Origin: an uncultured virus (IMG/VR IMGVR_UViG_2061766007_000806)
Taxonomy: Duplodnaviria; Heunggongvirae; Uroviricota; Caudoviricetes
Virus record (IMG/VR): IMGVR_UViG_2061766007_000806
Direction: 5' to 3' (one strand)
Length of the DNA: 56,460 nt
Part shown: in pieces, positions 10,099 to 20,436 of the stretch
How positions within the stretch are numbered: position 1 is the stretch's first letter
Layout of the letters: each line of letters starts with the position of its first letter
Translations under genes and position numbers: made by a program
The notes under the pieces: generated by a model
The model's database searches: none
Told to the model about the DNA's origin: nothing
What the model saw: only the letters and a program-made list of their open reading frames with translations

Positions 10099-10350
10099 AT
10101 GGCTAGCAAAGCATTAATTAAGCGTGTGTATGGTGTAACTATTGTTGAAAACGGCTATTACGACGCCAACGGCAAGTACAGGAAGCTCTATGACATGTAT
10201 TCAGCCGATGAATGTTGTTGGGATAAAGGCAAGCCTACTATCAAGGCTTGCTACGAGGAATGTCTTGCTTGGTCAGGAACTCTCAGAAGTATCAAGAGAA
10301 TCTGTGAAAAGTGGGACGCTGAAATGGCACAGGTACGAAAGTCAATTTGA
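10099..10350 (+). CDS. Hypothetical protein
   Basis: GGAGG RBS; allelic inverted copy at 10633-10881. Confidence 0.65.
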   Translation: MASKALIKRVYGVTIVENGYYDANGKYRKLYDMYSADECCWDKGKPTIKACYEECLAWSGTLRSIKRICEKWDAEMAQVRKSI

Positions 10351-10365
10351 AAGGAGAATAAAATT

Positions 10366-11089
10366 ATGGCAACTAAGAAGAAGAATCATTGGTATGTACT
10401 CGTGTGCTCTAGCGAGGGAGCTATGTTCGTAACAAGCATTGACAACTCTAACAAGACAGCATTTTGGAACAAACTCGAAAGACCCAAGGAGTTCAGCGAG
10501 AGTTATGCTAANNNNNNNNNNCGCTGTCTTGTTAGCGTTGTCAATGCTTGTTACGAACATAGCTCCCTCGCTTGAGCATACGAGTACATACCAATGATTC
10601 TTCTTCTTAGTTGCCATAGTTTTATTCTCCTTTTAAATTATTTTCTTTGCTTCAGCGTCCCACTTCTCACAGATTCTCTTGATATTCCTGAGAGTTCCTG
10701 ACCAAGCAAGACATTCCTCGTAGCAAGCCTTGATAGTGGGCTTGCCTTTATCCCAACAACATTCATCGGCTGAATACATGCCATAGAGCTTCCTGTACTT
10801 GCCGTTGGCGTCGTAATAGCCGTTTTCAACAATAGTTACGCCATATACACGCTTAATTAATGCTTTGCTAGCCATAATCAATCCTCCTCCCCGTCCCTGA
10901 TGTTGTCAAGAGCGTCTCTAATTTTATCACANNNNNNNNNNGGACTTAGCATTAGGTCTTATGTGCAACGGATACTCAGCTTATCCTGTATGTGCGCCTA
11001 TTGACGGCATCAGTCAGCCCTACCATTATTCAAAGGGTGGCTTTGAATGGAAATGGAACAAGAAGGAGGATAACGATGAGAAAGGCTGA
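10366..11089 (+). CDS. Hypothetical protein interrupted by a misplaced inverted contig
   Basis: MATKKKNHWYVLV...FSESYA continues as DLALGLMCNGYSAYPV... after 10942. Confidence 0.5.
10522..10931 (-). repeat. Inverted allelic duplicate of ~10045-10462 (assembly artefact)
   Basis: Near-identical reverse complement, bounded by N-gaps on both sides. Confidence 0.85.
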
Positions 11090-11263
11090 AAAACAAAGAA
11101 TCCTAGGGTTGCCTACCACGGCAACCTGTTGGGAAGATTATCCCGGGGGTGTTGAGATAAAAGAAATAGAGTATGGCATAGAGGANNNNNNNNNNATTAA
11201 GCCAGCCCTACCACTACTCAAAGGGTGGCTTTGAGTGGAAGTGGAATAAGAAGGAGGATAACG

Positions 11264-11506
11264 ATGAGAAAAGCTGAGAAACAAAGAATCCTAGGGTTGC
11301 CGACCACGGCAACCTGTTGGGAGGATTATCCCGGGGGTGTTGAGATAAAAGAAATAGAGTATGGCATAGAGGACTATTGTCTCTGTGTCACTCAGACAAT
11401 GACCGACAATCCGAGAGCGCACAGGGTTAAGATAACCTACGCCGACCGACCTTATATAAGCATAGACGGGTTCAGGATATACATGGACGATTGTCTCAGG
11501 TGTTAA
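11264..11506 (+). CDS. Hypothetical protein
   Basis: AGGAGG RBS; MRKAEKQRILGLPTT...; partial allelic copy at 11076-11184. Confidence 0.65.
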   Translation: MRKAEKQRILGLPTTATCWEDYPGGVEIKEIEYGIEDYCLCVTQTMTDNPRAHRVKITYADRPYISIDGFRIYMDDCLRC

Positions 11507-11538
11507 AAAAAATATTTGAAAATTTTTCAAAAAACCTC

Positions 11539-11567
11539 TTGACAAACATTATGATATATGTTATATT
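11539..11567 (+). promoter_or_regulatory. Sigma-A promoter with AACAT-N8-ATGTT palindrome in spacer
   Basis: TTGACA-17-TATATT; perfect palindrome at 11545-11562. Confidence 0.75.
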
Positions 11568-11625
11568 ATAATCACAGTAAGGAAAACAACAAACTCAAAA
11601 CACTTACAAAACTCAGGAGGCACAT

Positions 11626-12009
11626 ATGAAAACATTAGACATTAGACAGACCACAGTAATCAACATTAGCTTCTTAGAAGGCGTAACAGAGGAAAGAGCC
11701 GAAGTTATCGCTGAAACAATAAGCGAGCAGATATATGTAAAGCTCGATAACAAGAAGCATCATCTTGAATGCGAATACCGTAAGGGTAGCGATGGAGATT
11801 ATCAGATTATCTATACTGAGGACGGTAGCATAGATTACTACCCTAGCAATGATTGGTATGAACAGGACGCTTACGATGAGCCTACCACACTCGATGAGTA
11901 TGACTTTGAAGATGCCATTGAGAAGATACGCAAGGAAGAGACTACTGACTTATACGAAATGGAAGTTGACAGCGTTGGTGTTTACAAGAGCGAATGGGAG
12001 GAATGTTGA
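11626..12009 (+). CDS. Acidic hypothetical early protein
   Basis: AGGAGG RBS; 127 aa, very Asp/Glu-rich. Confidence 0.7.
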   Translation: MKTLDIRQTTVINISFLEGVTEERAEVIAETISEQIYVKLDNKKHHLECEYRKGSDGDYQIIYTEDGSIDYYPSNDWYEQDAYDEPTTLDEYDFEDAIEKIRKEETTDLYEMEVDSVGVYKSEWEEC

Positions 12010-12095
12010 TATGTACGATTTATATGAGATGTGGAACATCGGTTGTGAAGAAGTTTATGATTATGACCCTTCAATGGATGAGGAGGTGATTGACT

Positions 12096-12275
12096 ATGAC
12101 GAAGGCTGAAATCGTTGCTCAGCTTCAGAGCATGGGTGAAACATGGGCTAATCCCTCCTACTCCAAGGAATACTTGGAGAACTACCTGTCAGGGCTTAAA
12201 AAGGCAGCTAAGATGAGCCTGAAGGAGCTTGCAATCAAGGCTAACTATGCACATCGCAAAGGTGGAAGGGGGTAA
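12096..12275 (+). CDS. Small hypothetical protein
   Basis: GGAGGTG RBS; MTKAEIVAQLQ... Confidence 0.6.
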   Translation: MTKAEIVAQLQSMGETWANPSYSKEYLENYLSGLKKAAKMSLKELAIKANYAHRKGGRG

Positions 12276-12278
12276 GCC

Positions 12279-12641
12279 ATGAAAAAGTACGTATGTGAAT
12301 GCTGTGGGGGTCAGATTAATCCTATGACCCTCAAATGCGAGTACTGTGGGACACAGTATAAAGATGAATTTGACAGCATCATCCGTGTTGAAACCTATAT
12401 GAATCCCGTAGACACCTATCGAAGTCAGGTAATAGTCCCTCGGAACATTGTACAGCAAATGGGTGATAAGACGGCTTCCGAATACGTCATATCTAGACTG
12501 ACGAGAGAACTCTCTGATGTTATAGCGAATAACATGGTCATAACAGCACAGAACAACGTGGGACTAGATGCGCAGGTGTTCTCAGGTACAATCAAGGTAA
12601 TCAGACCTGAACGGATTGATGGTTCAGGTTGGTATAACTAA
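12279..12641 (+). CDS. Hypothetical protein with N-terminal zinc ribbon
   Basis: CECCGG...CEYCGT. Confidence 0.7.
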   Translation: MKKYVCECCGGQINPMTLKCEYCGTQYKDEFDSIIRVETYMNPVDTYRSQVIVPRNIVQQMGDKTASEYVISRLTRELSDVIANNMVITAQNNVGLDAQVFSGTIKVIRPERIDGSGWYN

Positions 12642-12675
12642 AAGGAAAAGAGGAGCTTTCGCCCCTCTTTTTTTT
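12641..12675. terminator. Bidirectional intrinsic terminator
   Basis: AAAAGAGGAGC-TTTC-GCCCCTCTTTT flanked by A and T runs between convergent genes. Confidence 0.8.
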
Positions 12676-14500
12676 ATTGCTCATTTTCAGTTTGCGTCAA
12701 AACCTTCTGTTGAGCTTGCTGAACTTCTCCCGAATTTGGTTTGGGTGTAGTCTCCTGAGCCTGCCTGCTCTGACCTGCCTGGTTTTGGATAGCCTGACCC
12801 ATTTGTGATGAAGCCACCATGTTCTTTTCGATGGCTTGCTGATTCTCTTCCTGTATCTTATCAAGCGCTGTCTGTGCCTGTCTTTCGGTTTCTCCGAAGT
12901 ACCACATACGGACTTCACGCTTGCTTGTTAATCCCGCATTTAAGAGCGTTAAGCGCTTGTTCAGCTCGGTATCGACATCGACTAATATACTGTCATCCCA
13001 TGTGAATGAAGTGTCATATAAGCCTATCTTGGATGTGTCTACCTTGCCGTCTTTCATCACTACGTCATCTACTATATTAAACAGCGTACAGTAGACATCC
13101 ATGGCGTATATACAATCCTTGAGGGCATTCTCAAGGGCTTTCTGTATCTCGAGGTTGCTAGAATAGCTACGCTGCTTAAGTATCTTCAGCTCGGTTGCTG
13201 TTCTTGCCTCAGATGCTACTTCAGCAAGCGTTCCTCTTGAGAGTGCTACCACGTCCTCTATCCTCATCAGGATGTTGTTAAGTCCATTTATCATGGAAGC
13301 GTCACGGAGCGTCGGTGCATAGGGCTTATATGTATCAGACTCACCTAAGTCGATTGTCCTGTACAGCCTCTCCTGAAGCTTGCTCATCACGCTACGTCCG
13401 TTGCCCTTAGAATCTTGCATGAACTTTATAGCATCACGGTCTATATCGATAGCAAGCTCGCCACCCTCATACTCCCAAAGAAGCCTTGAATACTGTTTAT
13501 CAGCCTCTTCTATAAGGGAAGTTGCCCGTCCGAATCCACTTATTCCTAACGGGGAGTGGGGGTCAATCGTATTGGCATCGGGCATCTTGAAATATCCGAA
13601 CAGAAGCTTGTCCACGTTCTTGATTGTGGTTTGTGTAGGAAGGTTCTTCCACTCAGGTACGGTAGACAACGGAACTTCCTTACCTAAACTAGCTACTGCT
13701 CCATCGCCATAAGCATAAGTGGCGCCAACCTTGCTCTCGTATGCCTTGTTCAGGATAGTGACGTTGTTATTTGCGAGCTTATGATACTCAAGACGGGTAT
13801 ACAGCGTATCCTTATCGGTCTTGGTCTGTATGAAAGCTACCTCCGAAAGATTGCCGTTGCTGTCAAATGCAAACGGATAGAAGCAATCAGCCTGAATAAA
13901 GTCGAACTCTATTGAATACTTGTCCTCAGGCTCTTCCTGTTTATCTGTCTCCATGCCTGCTACGGTCTGTTGTTTTGTCTTGACCACATAAGGCTTTATT
14001 ATCAATGAACCCTTGGCTATACCGAACTCCAACTGAGTACGGAGCTTAGATAACAGCTTATCGTGGTACTCCTTGTTCATAAACTCAGCTCGAGCTTCGG
14101 GGCTCTTAGCTACTTCCTTTACAAGTGTCTTAGGTTCGTCGCTAGCCTGTATGTTTCCGAAACTGTCGCTTACGGGTGGATGGTACTTGGGATTTGCTAC
14201 TTCTTTTGTCTCCTTAGGGGCTGTAATTTCCGATTGTAGCTCTATCACTGCCATTCGTGCTTTTTCGCTTGCTATGAATGCTGGCAGACCTAAAGACCTC
14301 ACTTTCGTGGGGTCGTTAAAATCAGGCTCATGCAACCAAGGCGCTTTGTCCTCGTACATATCTGTCCATAGTTCAATAGCTTCAGCCATTACATTGCTGA
14401 CAGCGGGAGCTATACTGAGTGTCTGTTCTATTGTTGATTTTAACCCGACCATACGCCTTATCATCTCCCGTATCTTATTCCAAATAGTAGAGAATATCAT
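12674..14500 (-). CDS. Portal protein (A118/SPP1 Gp6-like)
   Basis: LGLPAFIASEKA, YTRLEYH, ANTIDPHSPLGIS, TATE, WDDSILVD motifs. Confidence 0.9.
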   Translation of the reverse strand: MIFSTIWNKIREMIRRMVGLKSTIEQTLSIAPAVSNVMAEAIELWTDMYEDKAPWLHEPDFNDPTKVRSLGLPAFIASEKARMAVIELQSEITAPKETKEVANPKYHPPVSDSFGNIQASDEPKTLVKEVAKSPEARAEFMNKEYHDKLLSKLRTQLEFGIAKGSLIIKPYVVKTKQQTVAGMETDKQEEPEDKYSIEFDFIQADCFYPFAFDSNGNLSEVAFIQTKTDKDTLYTRLEYHKLANNNVTILNKAYESKVGATYAYGDGAVASLGKEVPLSTVPEWKNLPTQTTIKNVDKLLFGYFKMPDANTIDPHSPLGISGFGRATSLIEEADKQYSRLLWEYEGGELAIDIDRDAIKFMQDSKGNGRSVMSKLQERLYRTIDLGESDTYKPYAPTLRDASMINGLNNILMRIEDVVALSRGTLAEVASEARTATELKILKQRSYSSNLEIQKALENALKDCIYAMDVYCTLFNIVDDVVMKDGKVDTSKIGLYDTSFTWDDSILVDVDTELNKRLTLLNAGLTSKREVRMWYFGETERQAQTALDKIQEENQQAIEKNMVASSQMGQAIQNQAGQSRQAQETTPKPNSGEVQQAQQKVLTQTENEQ

Positions 14501-14558
14501 ATGCTATACCCTCACTTAAATATTGCCCCGCAGTCCGATAAACCACAGGGCAACTAAA

Positions 14559-14726
14559 TCACTTTTTGCCTTTCTTTGTAACAGGTGAAGTCCTCTTGGA
14601 CTCAGCAGGCTTCTTGGGGGCTACCCCGTTCCCTTTCTTCAACTGATTAACAGCGCCTTTCGGAAAGAAACCGTTCTCGATAATGAATCCGTCTTTGTCA
14701 ACACCAGCTTTATTAGGTTTTCCCAT
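14559..14726 (-). CDS. Small Lys-rich protein downstream of metallopeptidase
   Basis: Manual translation MGKPNKAGVDKDGFIIENGFFPKGAVNQLKK...PVTKKGKK*; AGGAGG RBS. Confidence 0.65.
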   Translation of the reverse strand: MGKPNKAGVDKDGFIIENGFFPKGAVNQLKKGNGVAPKKPAESKRTSPVTKKGKK

Positions 14727-14756
14727 AATATTGCCCTCCTTCTTTATGATGAAACC

Positions 14757-14785
14757 ATTTTAACATATATTATAATGTTTGTCAA
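14757..14785 (-). promoter_or_regulatory. Sigma-A promoter with palindrome
   Basis: TTGACA-17-TAAAAT; perfect AACAT-N8-ATGTT at 14762-14779. Confidence 0.75.
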
Positions 14786-14792
14786 GTACTTT

Positions 14793-15510
14793 TTATTTGT
14801 ATCTTTCCATAACGGTCATAATCGCCCTAGACAGCGCCTTGGACGCATTTTTATTAGCATGGTAATCTGTCCACGCTTCAGCAATGGTCTCGTGATAGTT
14901 CTTGGTGGCATAACGGCTGACAGCTTCCCTGAGCTTTGCTTCAGTAGGAACTTTGCCNNNNNNNNNNCTTGTTAGCATGGTAATCTGTCCATGCTTCAGC
15001 AATGGTCTCGTGATAGTTCTTGGTAGCATAACGGCTGACAGCTTCCCTGAGCTTTGCTTCAGTAGGAACTTTGCCTCTGAATCCGTAACTGTTCGGAGCT
15101 GACAGGATTTCCTGATATGCCTCGTGAACTACTCGTGCCGGGAGTGTGCCGTTATTCCAACGTCTCTTGAACTCCTTGGGGTCTGTATACATCTTCTGAC
15201 CAACTGCGTGCATCGCTACGTGACCAAGTTCATGGTTGTCGATGTCCCTCCATGTTGTACCTGCAGGATGGAAACCACTTGCAACAGTGCTCTGATACAA
15301 AGTATCTAAGCCCTGAGTATTGCCATAATATGCTGTGTTCACCTTCAGGGTAGTTCCGTTTGTCGCTGCAAACGAACTATTGTCGGTGTAGTCCTCGATG
15401 CTCTTCAGTCCTCCCATCCACTCGGGATACTGCTTCTTAAAGTCACGGATGGTGTTAAAAACCTCCTTAAGGGTCTCGCCATCAGTGCTCATGATTATCT
15501 TTCTCGGAAC
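14793..15510 (-). CDS. HEXXH zincin metallopeptidase effector (C-terminal part, with duplicated end)
   Basis: GFHP...HELGH...SRYATKNYHETIAEAW, a toxin-type MPTase signature; N-terminus at 4534. Confidence 0.75.
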
Positions 15511-16134
15511 NNNNNNNNNNNNNNNNNNNNNNNNNNNNNNNNNNNNNNNNNNNNNNNNNNNNNNNNNNNNNNNNNNNNNNNNNNNNNNNNNNNNNNNNNN
15601 NNNNNNNNNNNNNNNNNNNNNNNNNNNNNNNNNNNNNNNNNNNNNNNNNNNNNNNNNNNNNNNNNNNNNNNNNNNNNNNNNNNNNNNNNNNNNNNNNNNN
15701 NNNNNNNNNNNNNNNNNNNNNNNNNNNNNNNNNNNNNNNNNNNNNNNNNNNNNNNNNNNNNNNNNNNNNNNNNNNNNNNNNNNNNNNNNNNNNNNNNNNN
15801 NNNNNNNNNNNNNNNNNNNNNNNNNNNNNNNNNNNNNNNNNNNNNNNNNNNNNNNNNNNNNNNNNNNNNNNNNNNNNNNNNNNNNNNNNNNNNNNNNNNN
15901 NNNNNNNNNNNNNNNNNNNNNNNNNNNNNNNNNNNNNNNNNNNNNNNNNNNNNNNNNNNNNNNNNNNNNNNNNNNNNNNNNNNNNNNNNNNNNNNNNNNN
16001 NNNNNNNNNNNNNNNNNNNNNNNNNNNNNNNNNNNNNNNNNNNNNNNNNNNNNNNNNNNNNNNNNNNNNNNNNNNNNNNNNNNNNNNNNNNNNNNNNNNN
16101 NNNNNNNNNNNNNNNNNNNNNNNNNNNNNNNNNN

Positions 16135-16311
16135 GCTTCCCTCACAGCTTGCAAAGGCATTCATGCAAGCTCTAAGATTGCCCTCATGCTTCTCGTCATT
16201 GTACACCCGAATATCTCCCTCACGGATTCCCTGAGCTAGCATTGACGGGATAAGATAGCCTTCCACGTACCACATACGTCTAGGCACGGCATGTATTAAA
16301 TATTTAGCCAT
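16135..16311 (-). CDS. GT-A glycosyltransferase, N-terminal fragment at true locus (full copy 4607-5260)
   Basis: MAKYLIHAVPRRMWY..., followed by a long N gap. Confidence 0.55.
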
Positions 16312-16313
16312 AA

Positions 16314-16740
16314 TCACTCCTTATGCTTGCGCTGATACTCAAGCTCGGTCTGACTTCCCTTGCGCATATAGTTGTAATAATACATCGGCATATCCCAATC
16401 CATAAGCTTCGGATGCTTATCCATTGCCATCCTATTAAAGGTCACGTCGGATGATAACGGCTCTCCTGAGAACTTACAATCCTGTATAAATGACCGACGC
16501 CAACACTTATTCCAACATGCTATCCAATGNNNNNNNNNNCCTTGTGAGCCCATCTCTTCCGAACCCAACTCTCTCCGTGATTGCGCCATATTCTTCGGCT
16601 ACCTTCTGTGTATTATCATTGCACGAGTCACAGATTACTATAAGCTCATAATCGGTAAAGGTTTGGCTCTTAATGCTTTCTAAAGCCTTCCTTATATGGT
16701 TCTCCGAATTATGCGCCGGTATTATGATTGAGAAACGCAT
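16314..16740 (-). CDS. Family 2 glycosyltransferase (gapped)
   Basis: MRFSIIIPAHNSE...LESIKSQTFTDYELIVICD classic GT2 N-terminus. Confidence 0.85.
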
Positions 16741-18310
16741 TGTATAACTCCTTTACATCATTAATATAATTATCTTTTTCCACTGTAAGTGCCTGTCTGT
16801 AAGGAACAAAATCCAATCGGCACTGATTATAGTTGTTGAGAACATACTTAACCATCTGAACAGCATCGTTCACATCAGTCAGCTTATACTTGTCAGGTAT
16901 CCCATTATCTGTGTAGTAACCTGCCGTCCCTTTGTCGCTTGTCAGAATACAGCATCCACACATGACAGCTTCTCTAGGCAACCGTTCTCTTCCACNNNNN
17001 NNNNNATACTCATGGAGCCACCAATCGTCGTCATCCATGAACAGAACCCAATCGCCTTTTGCCTTAGCAAGACCTCTGTTTCGGGTAAGTCCGTCTCTTC
17101 CGAACCCAACTCTCTCCGTGATTGCGCCATATTCTTCGGCTACNNNNNNNNNNCCAAAGAAATCATCATTGAGACAATCGGCTATCTTTATCGGCGTTAT
17201 GCCGAGCTTCCTGAGATGGTCAACAGCATAATCTGAATTAGCAATGTGTATCGTATCAGGTCGTTCTAAGAACCTATTACGCTCTTTTGGNNNNNNNNNN
17301 AGCGAATAACAGCCTCTCCTTGAGTGCATCCGCATCAAGGATTACAGGATTGTCATCATTCTGATAATAGCCCTTTACATCTCTAGTAAAGGTACTCTTA
17401 CCACTTGCTGGACCACCACCTGTGAACNNNNNNNNNNGTTCTTTTCTGCTGTCAGCGTCCTTCGGTAGTCATCAAAATCTAATCGACACTGATTGTAATT
17501 ATTGAGCACATACTTAACCATCTGCACTGCATCATTTACATCGGTAAGCTTATATTTATCAGGTATCCCATTGTCTGTGTAGTAACCTGCCGTTCCCTTG
17601 TCGCTTGTCAGGATACAGCAACCACACATGACAGCTTCTCTCGGAAGTCGTTCTCTTCCACTGAACACTCCGAAATCAATGTACAGCTTACTGTGTTGAA
17701 AAATATCTATCAGTTCGGGTCTCGTGTATCCCTCCAACGGTCTGAACCTGATTCCAAGTTCAGTAGTGCACTTCGACATGACCACTTCCTGAAAGTGTGT
17801 GAGCTTTACCGATACAGGGTTATACAGCACCACATCCCTCCGATTAAAGCCTTCTGTCTGTACATCGAAGAAATCATCGTTGAGACAATCGGCTATCTTT
17901 ATTGGCGTTATGCCGAGCTTCCTGAGATGGTCAACAGCATAATCTGAATTGGCAATGTGTATCGTATCAGGTCGTTCTAAGAACCTATTACGCTCTTTTG
18001 GAGAGTTATGCCAATCATATACATCAACACCTTGCCAATTAATCGCCACCTGACAATCCTTATAGTCAGGGGACAATACCTGATTGCCCCACACTTCAGG
18101 CAAGATAACAGTGCCCTTAAATCCCTGTGGAAGCATCGTGATAAAATCACATTCATACTTAGCATATTCTTTCGGCTGAGGTTTTGATTTATGCGTCGTG
18201 TATAGGATTTTTGCGTTAGCTCCTACTAAATTAAGATAATGGCACAGATTGTGAATACCTTCTGTGCCACCCGTGGCTAGCCCTCCCGGGCATACTAAGA
18301 TTATGTCCAT
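16709..18310 (-). CDS. GT-B fold glycosyltransferase (main body 17438-18310; true C-terminus 16709-16995)
   Basis: TGGTEGIHNL, SKLYIDFG..SGRERLPREAVMCGCCI motifs. Confidence 0.75.
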
Positions 18311-18318
18311 AAGCTCTC

Positions 18319-18844
18319 CTATAATGTCTGTATCAGTGCTTCAGAATGTGCATCGGGTACGCCTTTGAAGTACTTGTTGAGCACTCGCTGCGCAAGATAT
18401 TTGAACTTCCTACTGTGTAAGAAAAGTGTCATAGATGACTGAAGCTTCTGTGCATCAATTATCCCGAACACCTTTACAGGGTTGTTTGTNNNNNNNNNNC
18501 TTGAACTTCCTACTGTGCAAGAAAAGTGTCATTGATGATTGAAGCTTCTGTGCATCAATTATCCCGAACACCTTTACAGGGTTGTTTGTAGATAGTCTGA
18601 GGATGGCTTTCATGCACTCTTCGAGGTTCTTGGCAAGATAAGGATGGCTTGCAAATCTTCTCAGCTCGCTACGGCTCTGTATCTCGTAATATTTTGCCAT
18701 CTCTGAGCGACCTAAGCCCTTTATCTGTGGGAATGTATACCACATCCAACAGCTTATCTTCTTGCCCTTCTTCAGTTCCTTCATTACATCGTCATGGTCG
18801 TATTTCTGTGCATCTATAAATCTCTTTATCCTCAAATAAATCAA
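18319..18844 (-). CDS. DUF1810-family protein (internal duplication at gap)
   Basis: RFIDAQ...ELKKGKKISCWMWYTFPQIKGLGRS..AKYY...DAQKLQSSMTLF. Confidence 0.85.
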
Positions 18845-19650
18845 CTACCTCTCTGTGCTTTTATAGCGTTATATTTGTTATTGTACATGTTGATTGCACC
18901 CATATCCAAATGGTATCTGTTCGGGTCAAATACCGTATCCCAAAGCCTGTCGTCAGCCTTTACTGTGGATACGTTCTTTCCACCCTTGGCAACCAAAGTT
19001 ATCTTGTTTCCTGTTCGGTCATAGACCTTTAAATCATCAACAGCCTTAAAGAGCTGTGGTATTACGGTCTGTGCCTGTTGGCTCGCCTGTATGATTCTCG
19101 GAAGGGGAACTATCCTACCTTCTCTTGCGTATCTATCAAGAGACCCCTCCAAGAGTGAGTTAGGGTCAGCCGTCATAAACCTCATCTTTGTGGTATATCC
19201 TGCCTGTGAAGCCTGATTAACCTTTTGCAAAAACTGAGGAAGTCTGACAGCCGTGCCATCGAGTACAACAGGATAATCGTTAGCAATGGCAATCTCATAT
19301 AACCTCTTCTGAAGCATTACGCTCTCGTTGTGATAATATGTACTTGTTTTGTCGTCAAGCTGTGTCTTACCCGTATCNNNNNNNNNNATTGCTACCTTTT
19401 GCTCTCCATCCTTGTACGGGCGATGTCCACTGAACACTTCCTTGATAATAGTGCTGTGGAGCTTCCTACGCTCGGTACTAAGGTTATCTCTTCTGTGATT
19501 CAGGTTATCCCTTACAGAGTTCTCGTTCTTGTCATTTACGCCATAAGAAATATCGTAAGGTGACAGGTTATTTGCCTTACCATAGCTGACACGCTTACGT
19601 CCCTGAGGGTCTGTCCAAAAGAATATATCTAATTCTGTATCAGTAGCCAT
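18841..19650 (-). CDS. Zeta-toxin-like P-loop kinase
   Basis: YHNES, VVLDGT, R...GRIVP, VYD motifs; the Walker A piece FTGGGPASGKST...ILDADALK lies on misplaced contigs 17301-17427 and 21189-21315. Confidence 0.75.
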   Translation of the reverse strand: MATDTELDIFFWTDPQGRKRVSYGKANNLSPYDISYGVNDKNENSVRDNLNHRRDNLSTERRKLHSTIIKEVFSGHRPYKDGEQKVAXXXXDTGKTQLDDKTSTYYHNESVMLQKRLYEIAIANDYPVVLDGTAVRLPQFLQKVNQASQAGYTTKMRFMTADPNSLLEGSLDRYAREGRIVPLPRIIQASQQAQTVIPQLFKAVDDLKVYDRTGNKITLVAKGGKNVSTVKADDRLWDTVFDPNRYHLDMGAINMYNNKYNAIKAQRGS

Positions 19651-19662
19651 ATCCTGTCTCCT

Positions 19663-19914
19663 TTATACGTCTCCAAGTGTCGGGGTTAATCCTTTAGCTA
19701 TCTTGTTAGCAAAATCAGCCACGTTCAGCCGATAGCTCTTATACTCAGCTTCCGATTTGAAGTAATTCTCGCCTCGGAGCTTCTTACCATCTTTTACATC
19801 CTCATACGCCAAGCGCTCTATCTCGCCATATCGGTCGGAAGGTATCGTCTTTAACTCCTGACCTGTAATCGAAATATCGCCTGTAGTATAGTAGTTAAGC
19901 AAATCTTTGGTCAA
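19663..19914 (-). CDS. Hypothetical protein directly upstream of zeta-like kinase
   Basis: GGAGGTG RBS, TTG start, 83 aa. Confidence 0.55.
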   Translation of the reverse strand: MTKDLLNYYTTGDISITGQELKTIPSDRYGEIERLAYEDVKDGKKLRGENYFKSEAEYKSYRLNVADFANKIAKGLTPTLGDV

Positions 19915-19932
19915 CGCTGTATCACCTCCTGA

Positions 19933-20232
19933 TTAATCAGCGCACACACAACGGCGACCATACTCAACAAATCTGTAAGCCACAGGATACCATGTAATCT
20001 TGTCCGAAGAATATTCTAAGTACTCCTTGTGAGTGTAAACTTCGTAGGTAGCGCACATCTGATACAATGTGTGGCTGTACCTAGAACTCTTATCCACTCT
20101 GCATCTGAGATACTTCCAATATTCGTTCTCCTGAATGTTAAATACAATGTCCTTGAGCCTGTAATTATCGCTGTCCACGGGGTAAAATCCCCTGTCCCTC
20201 ATAATAGCCGTTGTAAGCTCGCTTCTCTTCAT
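19933..20232 (-). CDS. Hypothetical protein
   Basis: AAAGGAG RBS before MKRSELTTAIMRDRG. Confidence 0.65.
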   Translation of the reverse strand: MKRSELTTAIMRDRGFYPVDSDNYRLKDIVFNIQENEYWKYLRCRVDKSSRYSHTLYQMCATYEVYTHKEYLEYSSDKITWYPVAYRFVEYGRRCVCAD

Positions 20233-20402
20233 AATAGTTTCTCCTTTTGTGAGTGTTCTGAGGTCTAAAAGTCTAAGGTTTTCGCTGACGCTAACACCTG
20301 TTGCATTATAACTTGCGAGTGATTTGACTTCGGTTTTAAGTTTCAGTTGTCCATCACCAAGAGATTTCAACTTATTACAACGTATTTCCTTGTTGTGATT
20401 AT

Positions 20403-20431
20403 ATAATAACACAGTATATAATGTTTGTCAA
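20403..20431 (-). promoter_or_regulatory. Sigma-A promoter with palindrome
   Basis: TTGACA-17-TATTAT; AACAC-N8-ATGTT at 20408-20425. Confidence 0.7.
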
Positions 20432-20436
20432 GTACT

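Noticed and set aside
10045..10931. Large inverted repeat suggesting an invertible segment
   Set aside because: Second copy is flanked by N-gaps and no recombinase is nearby; scaffolding artefact
14941..16317. GT-peptidase fusion ORF (and similar chimeras 21108-21605, 52676-53452, 16709-17338)
   Set aside because: Fusions arise only by reading through N-gaps; the contig at 4290-5664 shows separate genes
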